From assembly GCA_044229845.1 (NCBI GenBank), contig JBGASG010000006.1:256001-320000 (forward strand): 64,000 nt of DNA, in the 5' to 3' direction. Position 1 is the stretch's first letter. The number at the start of each line of letters is the position of its first letter. Under the pieces are notes generated by a model that worked only from the letters and a program-made list of their open reading frames with translations, did not search any database and was not told the DNA's origin. Positions 1 through 8,791 of this stretch are shown piece by piece. Both the position numbers and the translations under genes were made by a program. This DNA is from Candidatus Obscuribacteraceae bacterium. GTDB taxonomy: Bacteria > Cyanobacteriota > Vampirovibrionia > Obscuribacterales > Obscuribacteraceae.

Positions 1-93
1 GCCCTCAGCGATGGTAGTATGTGGTCCATTCTGACATATCATAAGTACTCAGATATGGCTGAGCCGGCTATGAATTCCACTGCGGAGGCAGTT

Positions 94-846
94 ATGCGCC
101 TGAAGCAATCCGGAAAAAACCAGCGAATCATGCGCCTGCGCGCGCTGGCGCTGCTGCTTTTGCCGATTTGCGGGTTTACCCTGATTTTTTCCTGCGGTTC
201 GCCCCCGGCATGCGCCCAGGAAGATATCTATGGTCCGTCTAATCTACTGAAGTCGATGAAGACCCCCTTCAACGCACCCAGCACAAACGACGGCAGCGAC
301 TCCAATACCGGCGCCATCACTTTAAGTCGTTCTCATAGCCCGCTTCAACGCGGGCTGGCCAGTCGCCTCATTCAGTCGCGCCTCTACCTCCCAGGACGGA
401 TGGTTCTCGGGAAGCCCGCCGAGTTCGTTGTCAAAGGGAGACCGGGACAATTCGTCGCACTTGCCATGGCCGACAAAAACACCGGCGCCAAGCCGGTTTT
501 TGGTCACGACCTGCGCCTGGGCTCCGACAGAAAACTGGTGGCAGTGGGGCAGATCGGCGAGACGGGCGTGACATCGCTGATGGTTGAAACACCTGTGCAA
601 GGCGACTTGATCGGCGAGCGCTGGTTTTTTGAAGCAGCATTGTGGACGCATCCGGATTTCAGTGATCTAGAACTGGCGCAGCCCGTGCCCGCCGATGCCA
701 CCGCCGCTGCCGAAGTCGATAAAGCCAACGGCGTGCTCGTCGGACCGGACATCGAATATAAACGCGGCGTACGCATCGTCCCCGATGCCACCTTGCCCAT
801 GCAACGCGCCAGCCGTGGTACCGCTCTGGATTCAGGGAGACCCTAA
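94..846 (+). CDS. Hypothetical exported protein
   Basis: ORF 19..846; ATG at 94 follows GGAGG; N-terminal hydrophobic signal-like stretch; 4 bp before the next gene. Confidence 0.7.
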   Translation: MRLKQSGKNQRIMRLRALALLLLPICGFTLIFSCGSPPACAQEDIYGPSNLLKSMKTPFNAPSTNDGSDSNTGAITLSRSHSPLQRGLASRLIQSRLYLPGRMVLGKPAEFVVKGRPGQFVALAMADKNTGAKPVFGHDLRLGSDRKLVAVGQIGETGVTSLMVETPVQGDLIGERWFFEAALWTHPDFSDLELAQPVPADATAAAEVDKANGVLVGPDIEYKRGVRIVPDATLPMQRASRGTALDSGRP

Positions 847-850
847 GGCC

Positions 851-2353
851 GTGAAAGCAATTCTGGTGCCGCTGGACAATCGCCCGGTCACTTATTTGTT
901 GCCGCGGTTGGTGGCCAACATAGCCGGCGTACACGCGACGCTTCCGCCGCGGCACCTGATGGGCTCACTGCAGCGTCCATCTAATGTCAACGCTCTCGGC
1001 GACTGGCTGGACAGTGCACTTAAAGACGAAAAACCCGACGCCCTGCTGGTGTGCCTGGACAGTTTGCTGTACGGCGGATTGATACCATCTCGCCGCACCG
1101 AAGACGCAGTCGCCGATGTTCAGAAACGCTGCGATGTTTTGATGCGCTGGAAGAAACAGAACCCGTCGCTCAAATCAGTCCTCGCGCAATCAAGCATCAT
1201 GCGCATCTCGGACAATTACGACAACACCGAAGAGAAAGAATATTGGAATCGCTTCGGGCGCGAGATATTTGGCTGGTCGGAGTTGCTGCACAAAGTGCAG
1301 CGCGGAGACAGCGTCGCTGCGGCAGCACTGAGCGTGGCTGAGTCGCGCGTGCCACAGGCAATTCGCGATGACTACATGAAGACGCGCATGCGCAACTTTC
1401 AAATCAACCGCCAGTTGGTCAGTGCCGTCAAGGCTGGAGCGCTGGATTTCCTCGCTCTGTCACAAGATGACTCCGGCGAATTCGGCTTGAATGTCGTGGA
1501 ACGAGACAAATTGGTGGCACAAGCCCAGTCCGAAGGGGTGACACCGAAAGTAATGGCATACGCGGGAGCCGACGAAGTATTGTTGACCTTGTTCTGTCGC
1601 TGGCTGGTTTCGCAAAGCAACAATGAACGGCCCGCAGCTCGTGTCAGTTTCTCACCTTCAATGGGCGAGAGCATCCCCAGTCGCTACGAAGGTCAAACGA
1701 TTGGCGAAAGCATCCGCAATCAGCTGCGCGCCGCTAACATCGAGGTGGTGGAGAGCGAACAAGGCTGCGATTTCACAGTAGTCGTCCACACTTCCGGAGA
1801 TCGCCAGGGCGATCACATCCTTCTCAATGGTCAACCGGACCTGCGCGATTTGAACACAAGAACATCCGTTGAAGAAACCATGAAGTTGCTGCGCGAATGC
1901 AACAAGCCTTTTGTGCTTTTGGACGTGGCGTACTCCAACGGCAGCGATCCGATTTTAGTCGATGCCCTCTTTGAGGAACCCGATCTGCTCGATAAGATGT
2001 GGGGTTACGCCGGCTGGAACACCTCCGGCAACACGTTCGGCTCTGGACTGGCCATTGGCGTCGCGCGCTGGTTCGCCACCCGCAAAAATGTTCCACCTGA
2101 GCAAGCCGATCGCGCCCTCAAACAATGCCTGTTCGTCCGCTTCGCCGACGACTGGGCTTACCAGACACAGATTCGCAAACAACTAAACGGCCCGGTGCAA
2201 CCCAACGATCTCGCACCACTGATGACACCGCTTTTCAGCACCATCGGCAAAGCGCTCAAGTATCAACCGGAGTTTGTCAAGCTCGGTCTGCCCTGGCAGC
2301 GCACGTTCGAAGTCGAAATCGATGTCGAACAGCCCGTCGGCATTGCCACGTAG
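851..2353 (+). CDS. DUF4127 family protein
   Basis: GTG at 851 gives VKAILVPLDNRPV; motifs D-x-LLYGGLIPSR, QDD, GADE, DVAYSNG and YAGWNTSGNT are typical of DUF4127. Confidence 0.8.
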   Translation: MKAILVPLDNRPVTYLLPRLVANIAGVHATLPPRHLMGSLQRPSNVNALGDWLDSALKDEKPDALLVCLDSLLYGGLIPSRRTEDAVADVQKRCDVLMRWKKQNPSLKSVLAQSSIMRISDNYDNTEEKEYWNRFGREIFGWSELLHKVQRGDSVAAAALSVAESRVPQAIRDDYMKTRMRNFQINRQLVSAVKAGALDFLALSQDDSGEFGLNVVERDKLVAQAQSEGVTPKVMAYAGADEVLLTLFCRWLVSQSNNERPAARVSFSPSMGESIPSRYEGQTIGESIRNQLRAANIEVVESEQGCDFTVVVHTSGDRQGDHILLNGQPDLRDLNTRTSVEETMKLLRECNKPFVLLDVAYSNGSDPILVDALFEEPDLLDKMWGYAGWNTSGNTFGSGLAIGVARWFATRKNVPPEQADRALKQCLFVRFADDWAYQTQIRKQLNGPVQPNDLAPLMTPLFSTIGKALKYQPEFVKLGLPWQRTFEVEIDVEQPVGIAT

Positions 2354-2367
2354 TTCAGTTCCAAGTA

Positions 2368-2958
2368 TCAGTCCACCTCGGCGTCGGATAACTGTTTGTC
2401 GGCGCATCGGACTGACTGCGCATCAGCCTGGATAGCGAGTTCGCTACCTGAGTCAATTGACTCACCGATGAGTGAATCGACAATGGTTTCTTCTCCTCTG
2501 CCTGAATCCTTCGATTCTCTTCTTCGCGTCAATCGCTCCACCACTGGGTAAAATGCTGGTCCGAAAAGACAGAGCAAGCAAGCAACGCTTGTGGCGACGA
2601 CGATTGACCAATGACCATCATGGCGAAACATTAAACGGTCAAGAAGTTGGATCACGCAGCAGGCGAGCGCAATCCCTGCACCAAACGAAAATACAGCACT
2701 GATGGACGGCAATGAGTTCGACAAAAGCGTTTCAAACAGCGTAGGTCTAGACGATGGACCAGCCTTGTTGACAAATTTTGGAAAAAGAAACTCCTTGTAG
2801 AATGCCACGAGCGACATAAATCCGCCGAGCGCGAAAATTGCTACCCACTCCCGCCGCTCCAGGTACTCTAAAAGGCGGTAGTTCCGAAGACAGCCGATGA
2901 AGAGGATCACACCGCTTCCGAGAACGAGGGCACATGCTACTTTGTCGCTCCAACGCAT
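2368..2958 (-). CDS. Hypothetical multi-pass membrane protein (candidate immunity protein)
   Basis: 196 aa with about 4 hydrophobic helices; ATG overlaps the TGA of the duplicated toxin-end relic (TGATG). Confidence 0.7.
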   Translation of the reverse strand: MRWSDKVACALVLGSGVILFIGCLRNYRLLEYLERREWVAIFALGGFMSLVAFYKEFLFPKFVNKAGPSSRPTLFETLLSNSLPSISAVFSFGAGIALACCVIQLLDRLMFRHDGHWSIVVATSVACLLCLFGPAFYPVVERLTRRRESKDSGRGEETIVDSLIGESIDSGSELAIQADAQSVRCADKQLSDAEVD

Positions 2959-3000
2959 CAGTCCACAAACCCCAGTTTTTTGAGCAAGTCAAGATTGCTC
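2956..3000. repeat. Direct repeat copy A (45 bp, partner 4316-4360)
   Basis: 41/45 identical to 4316-4360; minus strand encodes SNLDLLKKLGFVD*. Confidence 0.9.
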
Positions 3001-4308
3001 TATGACATGTTTGCTCTTTCTGCATTTGAACTCATTCGATCTCTGTTTCTCCCTTGCCGAGGCTAGCAAGGTCCTGATCTCCTCTGTTGGTGGAGCTGAA
3101 TTGCAAATCTCAATGACTCTCCGAAACTCGGCTGCCGCCTCACAATACTTCGACTGACAGGTGAGTGAATCCCCTAGCATGCTATCAGCGCGCGCCATCA
3201 GCAATAAGCGGTCAGGCAAGTAGTCCCAGACAGGGCGTTTCAACACACTGAGTTCTTCACCAAAGGAGGTCTCTGCGCCTCGGAAATTGGCTCGGCGATA
3301 TTGAATCTGCCCGACACCATCCAGGCTGCGGACAATTAGGATTTGACATTCAGGATACACATCCATTACGCGCGCCGCAGCGAGCGCCTCGGCATACGTC
3401 CGTTGAGCCTCGGGCAAGTTGTTCCGCAGTGAATAACAGTGCGCAAGCTTCAGCTTAAGCCTAACAAAATAAGTGGGGGAGATCTGCAGATAAGTGGGGG
3501 AGATCTGCGCATTCGTGCGCAACGCAACTTCCAACAAGTGAGTAGCGAACGCTGTATCGCCGCATCGAAGAGCTGTATCGGACTCTAGCTCCAGCATACC
3601 CACCTTGTCTTCAACAGTGTGCATCGACGCAGTAACATCTTCAAAGGCTCGCTCGGCTGGAGCCTTATTTCCAGCACGTAAGCTGATCTCCCCCAACTTA
3701 AACAATGCTGCAGACCTGGTGAACCGATCGGCGGCCGACAAGAGTGGCTCCAGCACAACGCGGGCGTGCTCAAGTTGCTTCTTACTGATGTACGCGTCAG
3801 CGATTTCGATACCGCTCGGGCCTAAGTCTGCTGGCGAGATCCTTCTTAACAAAACAAGCGTCTTACAGATGGAATCTCGCACCGCGAGGCTGGAATTGCC
3901 GCCCATAATCAGTTTGTGCGCCGATGCTATGCTCTCCGCGATTGAATCTCGTGCAAGCTTTTCCTGGTTCCGAATTGCATATATTTGACCTAAACCGGTA
4001 GTGCTGCGCATGCGGCTCTCAAGATCTCCGCTTTTCGCAGCAAGACTGCTTGACTCTTTGTAGTACTGAAGGGCTTCATCAAGAGCACCACGGTTTAGAG
4101 AGCTATCTGCAAGTTGCAGTCCCAATCTAGTTTTGCTGGCCGAGTCGATCGCGATTTGGTACTGCAACCTTGTGGGTAATATAAGCCAGTCAGTCGGGTA
4201 AACAGCCAACAATACCAGACAAGCTAGCGAACCCACAGCTGCAATAACTTTGCACTTGGTCGCTCTTTCAGGAAGAGCCAGCTCAATGGGACGCATGTAT
4301 TTTGTCAC
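2989..4308 (-). CDS. Membrane-anchored TPR-repeat protein (candidate immunity/partner protein)
   Basis: One N-terminal TM helix followed by TPR-like helices (LGQIY, LGEISL, A-x-x-Y-x-EAL). Confidence 0.75.
   Translation of the reverse strand: MTKYMRPIELALPERATKCKVIAAVGSLACLVLLAVYPTDWLILPTRLQYQIAIDSASKTRLGLQLADSSLNRGALDEALQYYKESSSLAAKSGDLESRMRSTTGLGQIYAIRNQEKLARDSIAESIASAHKLIMGGNSSLAVRDSICKTLVLLRRISPADLGPSGIEIADAYISKKQLEHARVVLEPLLSAADRFTRSAALFKLGEISLRAGNKAPAERAFEDVTASMHTVEDKVGMLELESDTALRCGDTAFATHLLEVALRTNAQISPTYLQISPTYFVRLKLKLAHCYSLRNNLPEAQRTYAEALAAARVMDVYPECQILIVRSLDGVGQIQYRRANFRGAETSFGEELSVLKRPVWDYLPDRLLLMARADSMLGDSLTCQSKYCEAAAEFRRVIEICNSAPPTEEIRTLLASAREKQRSNEFKCRKSKHVIEQS
3469..3508. repeat. 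In-frame tandem duplication with 21-bp period
   Basis: ATAAGTGGGGGAGATCTGC at 3469-3487 and 3490-3508; encodes QISPTYLQISPTYF. Confidence 0.9.
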
Positions 4309-4315
4309 CCCGCAT

Positions 4316-4360
4316 CATCAGTCCACAAAGCCCAATTTTTTGAGCAGGTCAAGATTGTTC
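4316..4360. repeat. Direct repeat copy B (3' end of JAB-domain ORF)
   Basis: 41/45 identical to 2956-3000; minus strand encodes NNLDLLKKLGFVD*. Confidence 0.9.
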
Positions 4361-5798
4361 CCATCCGGTATGAATCTGCCCCTAGACGTAAACTGTCCTA
4401 GTTGAACTATTCGCCCTGCCTTGTTTGCTTCAACGTAGTCTGCATCCTTTGCATGGTAATCAACTTTGTAGAGCATCAGGCTATTGTAGGTCGCACCGGC
4501 CGGCGGACTGCCCGGAATTTCGTCTCCTTTGTGGGCAGACGGCGTCAGCAACACCTGCACAAACTGCTTACCCTGGTTTGAAAACGCCGAGCTATGCATA
4601 AAGCCTTCGTAGGTCCGACCAAGTGTCAAATCGTCGGGCGAGAAATTCCAGTAGGCCTTGTCTTTCGACAGCGGATGTGAGTGCCCGTGCGCTAAGATGG
4701 TCATAGGCTGTCCCCGAAAGCGATTTTCCAATTCTCGATACCAAGCGGTTCTTGAAGCTCGGAGTTCCCGTCTTTAACGCCTGGATTGAACCACACTCGA
4801 GACATGTAGATTTTGTCGCCTACTTGGGCAAATGCAAAATTGAATTCGCCCTGATTCCGCCGTGGATCGTTGATCAGAGAAGAGTATGTTTCCAGAATTG
4901 CCTTGGGAACACTTTTTACCTCGTGAATTTCGCCAGAGACCTCCCACTTATCGATGTAGTCGCGCAGTTGCTTGTCTCCTTTTGCCTGGTGTTTAATCAA
5001 ATCCGACACAGGCGAATTCTTTGCTTTTTCCCAAGTTCGCCCACCGGACGACGGAGCTAAATTGCTGCGAGAGTCGTTTCCGGCGTCGGCAATGACGGAG
5101 TCAGTGTCATAGGTTGTTGTTGCAGGAGCTGCTTGTTCGCCCTGAGCCTTTGCTTCCGGCGTATAGCCGGCATCGGACATCGTGCCGCCACCGGCTCCGA
5201 ATGCAATCAATCTCGCCTCCGGCGATAAATGATGCCGCCGGAGCGCATCTTCTTCAATATTCGACGTGTAGCGGTTCGCTGAAGGATGAGGCACGGGCTC
5301 CGGATCGTTTGGAGTTAGTACGCCTAGTGATTTCTCATTCGTAGGTCCGCCGCCAGGTCCGCCGCCAATACCCGAATCTCCGCCAAGTTTGTTGAGCGCG
5401 CCGGCTGCCCATTGCCTAGCTTTGTTGAGTATGTAATCAATCGAAAAGGCTCCTTGGAGTCGCTCTACTTCCTCGGCGCTAGCATCACTGTCAAAGACTT
5501 TTTTGAGCCCCTGCATGAAGGACGGGCGTGCCACGTATCGTTCGCCTTTGGATGTGTGCTCTTTGCCTGCCTCGGCATCCTCCAGCACAAACTCACTAAC
5601 AGCCCTGCTGCCTTTCGAGACGGACGACAAAATCCTATCCAACTGCCCCGAGAAGGATGTGAAAACCGGCTCGTAGGGAGCCGCCTGCACTTCATCAGTT
5701 ACCGATTCTGCGGCCAGTTTGCCCGACGTAAAGGGTTTGCTCTCCCCCTCCGCGCCACCCTCAGCCTTTCTTTCGCCTCGCTTCGAATTTTCCAACAC
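4318..5798 (-). pseudogene. Frameshifted polymorphic-toxin-like protein with C-terminal JAB/MPN (JAMM) domain
   Basis: ORFs 4701..5798 and 4318..4731 overlap in a -1 relationship; candidate catalytic Glu (NQGEFNFAF) is in the first and HGHSHP-x-FSPDD in the second. Confidence 0.6.
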
Positions 5799-6052
5799 TC
5801 TCGCGACTCCGCACCATCATAGCTATATACCCAGAGCTATTAGACTCTTCCTCGCCCCGTCGAGCACGAAGTGGAGACAGCGCCTGCCACCTCCTCGGTC
5901 GGCATCTGCCGTCAGTAGCACCAAAGGTGATGGCATAGGTATTTCAGAGTTGATCGAACACGCTGGAAGGTCGGCATTGCCACGTAGTTTGCACACGCTC
6001 TGTACTATTCTGATAGCACCCCTAACCAGAATCTGCAGCCGAGGCAGTGATC

Positions 6053-6928
6053 ATGGCAGAAACTCTTGCCGATGGCGGGCCCGCGCATGCTCACCATGCG
6101 AACCTGCCCGACACCAAAATTTTCGGCGAAGCGCCTGAAGCACCGGAAGCGCCGGGAACCCTGGAATACGCCGGCAACCTGAGCTACGCCGCTGCGGTCG
6201 GCGCCGACATGGCGGGCTTCGACAGAGTCGCCATGTCGGGACCAGAAACAGCATCGAAATACCTTACTAACGTCTCGATGTTCGAGTCCAGCGACTACAA
6301 AAGCGCTTACCGAGCCAGCAATAGAGCCACTCCCGAACGCGAAGCCGAAGTGCTCACTAAACACTTCGATGCCATCGCCAAACTGTCCGGCGACTCTAAC
6401 TTCATCTCCAGGGAAGCCATAGATCAGTTCGTGCATGCCAACTCAGCTCGTTTGCCCCGCGGCGAGGTATCCGCGCTCATGAGCGCTGCGCTCAACGCAG
6501 AACGCATCCAGCGCTCCAATAATGATGGTTGGTGGCATGATTCGAATGCCGACGGCAGCAAAATTTCGCGCGCCGACATCCAGAAGTATCCGCAGCAAGA
6601 GCGACGACTGATCGATCAAGAACGCGGCATGCAATACATGGCTGACGTATTCAAAAATCTGCCGGGCGATCCGTCCTCTCATCAGATGAGTCTCGCCGAC
6701 ATGCGCAACTTCATCGAGCAGCGTCGCTTAGCCAACGCGCCCGCGGGAGAGCTTGCACTTGCTGAAGCCGCGCTGAAAACCATGACGGAACACGCGAACA
6801 AGTCCGGCGGCGATCCGGAAGCTTTCCGGCTAACGATCAAAAACTTCAATAGCGTCTTCGAACCGCGAGTGGAGATTGACGGTCAGACCTACACTTCGCA
6901 ACAGCTCCACCGCCGCCCTCGACGCTAG
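6053..6928 (+). CDS. Hypothetical protein with EF-hand-like loops
   Basis: ORF 6047..6928, ATG at 6053; segments GDSNFISREAI and DSNADGSKISRADI resemble degenerate EF-hands. Confidence 0.65.
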   Translation: MAETLADGGPAHAHHANLPDTKIFGEAPEAPEAPGTLEYAGNLSYAAAVGADMAGFDRVAMSGPETASKYLTNVSMFESSDYKSAYRASNRATPEREAEVLTKHFDAIAKLSGDSNFISREAIDQFVHANSARLPRGEVSALMSAALNAERIQRSNNDGWWHDSNADGSKISRADIQKYPQQERRLIDQERGMQYMADVFKNLPGDPSSHQMSLADMRNFIEQRRLANAPAGELALAEAALKTMTEHANKSGGDPEAFRLTIKNFNSVFEPRVEIDGQTYTSQQLHRRPRR

Positions 6929-6943
6929 GGACGTAACGCAGCC

Positions 6944-6972
6944 TTGAAGAGGCTGACAAGAGATGCTAGACT
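6944..6972 (+). promoter_or_regulatory. Putative sigma70 promoter for the 6996/7193 gene pair
   Basis: TTGAAG (6944-6949), 17-bp spacer ending TGC, TAGACT (6967-6972). Confidence 0.5.
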
Positions 6973-6995
6973 TTTGAGTGTTCTGAGGTCTCGCC

Positions 6996-7196
6996 ATGGC
7001 TACCAAACCGCGCAAAACCCGAGCTGGAGCCCGCAGCAGTGCGTCGACGGTTGCCTGTCGATACGTCGTTCCCTCGGTGTCAACAACATCAGCATTTGCT
7101 TTCTTTGCCAACAACGAGGAAGCGAGAAAAAAGGCGCTGCTAGTGTTTGGCAAAAGCACTAAAGCGCTTCAAAAACCGCGCAAGAAAAGGGCTTGA
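6996..7196 (+). CDS. Small basic hypothetical protein (66 aa)
   Basis: ATG just downstream of the promoter; stop overlaps the TTG start of the next gene (TTGA). Confidence 0.55.
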   Translation: MATKPRKTRAGARSSASTVACRYVVPSVSTTSAFAFFANNEEARKKALLVFGKSTKALQKPRKKRA

Positions 7197-7924
7197 ACGA
7201 TCTTCTCGACACTTTGGAAGCGATGCTCTCGCGCTTCAAGGCTGGTGGCTCGATCGACGTGATTGAGTCGGGACGACAAATCACTCATTCGCAACCCCAA
7301 AGAGCCACACTCTCGATTCCAAAGGCGAACCGGGCCTCCGAGATTAGACATGCTTGGGAGAAAAATAGAAGGAGTATTCCAAGGACTGGAATTGTGTTTC
7401 CGGATGGATCGGTAATGACCATTTTGTTTGAGTGGCAAAAGCCACCAATACCACGAGCATTGCAGCCAGTAGCATCGCATATTTCCTATTTCGATTCCCA
7501 CGGCGAACTCTCTGCGTTTGTCAATCGCTACTCGTACTGCTTTTTTCCCAATTCTGAAAGTGCAGAGGCGATAGGATATTTCCGCTATGACTTTCACTCC
7601 GATGCGATGGGTGAAGGAGATTTAGGAGAGCATGCTTACTTCCACCTGCATCATCGAAAAGTGGAACGTGGCTTTAGACTTGCCACTGGACCAGTTACAG
7701 ACTTCGACAAAGTTGTCTCCGGGATCGAAGGACACCTTGCTCCCATTCAGAGAAGGAATCGTCTGAGGAAGTCTTTTGAGCAGGGAAAATTCAATGAACT
7801 GCTGTTTGATTTGACAGTCGACGGAATAAAGAGACTTCACGGCGAAATACTGCCCCGAAAAGCAGACGTGAGCAACTTCAAACACAAGGAAAAGTACGAA
7901 GAGTTTCTGAAGACTTACGAGTGA
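7193..7924 (+). CDS. DUF2290-like protein
   Basis: Motif YFRYDFH-x11-HAYFHLH resembles the RFD...H-x-x-HLH motif of DUF2290; visibly AT-richer than neighbours. Confidence 0.5.
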   Translation: MNDLLDTLEAMLSRFKAGGSIDVIESGRQITHSQPQRATLSIPKANRASEIRHAWEKNRRSIPRTGIVFPDGSVMTILFEWQKPPIPRALQPVASHISYFDSHGELSAFVNRYSYCFFPNSESAEAIGYFRYDFHSDAMGEGDLGEHAYFHLHHRKVERGFRLATGPVTDFDKVVSGIEGHLAPIQRRNRLRKSFEQGKFNELLFDLTVDGIKRLHGEILPRKADVSNFKHKEKYEEFLKTYE

Positions 7925-8784
7925 TCGTCTAGTCCAATCATCACGAGAGTGCCGAAGTGATCGGACGGATAGACGCCGTCAACCGCCTGGTTGATCAGGC
8001 GGTGCGATTTCGCAGACAAACCCTTTGAGAGAAACACTGCGTCGATGCAGACCGTCGGCTTGCCACCTACGTGATACGTGGGCGAAAGCGTTGCCGCAGT
8101 TGCCGGCTTCGTGAGCAACGCTTCCGCATTGTGGAACCCGGCATTCTCAAAGCATTTCCACGCGTCGCTACCAAGCTCGCAATTGAAATCACCAACCAGA
8201 ATGCGATTTCTTCCCGGACATATCGATTCGATCTGCTTAACCACCAATTCGGCCGACTTCTTGCGCGCCAGCGGATTGAGCGGGAAGTGAGTGTTGAAGA
8301 CGCAAAACTGCGTGCCACCACCTTTAGCCCGTAACATCGCCCACGTACAAATACGCTTGTACATGAGGTCCCAGGTGTTCTTGCTGCTGTCCGGCGTGTC
8401 GCTCAGCCAGAACGTTCCACTCTTCACCAGTTCCAACTTGGTGCGGTCATAGAAGATCGGACAGAACTCGCCTTTCTCCTTTCCGTCATCACGACCGACT
8501 CCAATAAACGAGTGGTTGGGCAGTAACGGCGCGACAAAATTCAACTGCTCCTTCGTCGGTTCCTGCAGGCAGATGACATCGCTCTCTTGCTTGGACAGCA
8601 GTGCTTTCAAAGCCGCTTTGCGTTTCGTCCAGCCGTTCGGAAAAACTCCCGCGTCCGATCCGACCTGGATGTTCCAGGTGAGCACTTTCAGGAAACTGTT
8701 AGAAGCTTCGCTCGCTCCGGCGTTCGTCATCATCAGCAGCAGGAAGACGAAAGCAAGCGCACGCAGGGCGTTTCGTGCAAGCAC
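7915..8784 (-). CDS. Endonuclease/exonuclease/phosphatase (EEP) family protein, exported
   Basis: TWNI, CLQE, NTH, GDFN, ID, SDH motifs; signal-like N-terminus; probable GTG start at 8784. Confidence 0.9.
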   Translation of the reverse strand: MLARNALRALAFVFLLLMMTNAGASEASNSFLKVLTWNIQVGSDAGVFPNGWTKRKAALKALLSKQESDVICLQEPTKEQLNFVAPLLPNHSFIGVGRDDGKEKGEFCPIFYDRTKLELVKSGTFWLSDTPDSSKNTWDLMYKRICTWAMLRAKGGGTQFCVFNTHFPLNPLARKKSAELVVKQIESICPGRNRILVGDFNCELGSDAWKCFENAGFHNAEALLTKPATAATLSPTYHVGGKPTVCIDAVFLSKGLSAKSHRLINQAVDGVYPSDHFGTLVMIGLDDHS

Positions 8785-8791
8785 AATCCAG

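Noticed and set aside
4730..4775. Programmed -1 ribosomal frameshift in the JAB gene
   Set aside because: No X-XXY-YYZ heptamer in the overlap (closest is C-GGG-AAC); a mutation or sequencing error is simpler
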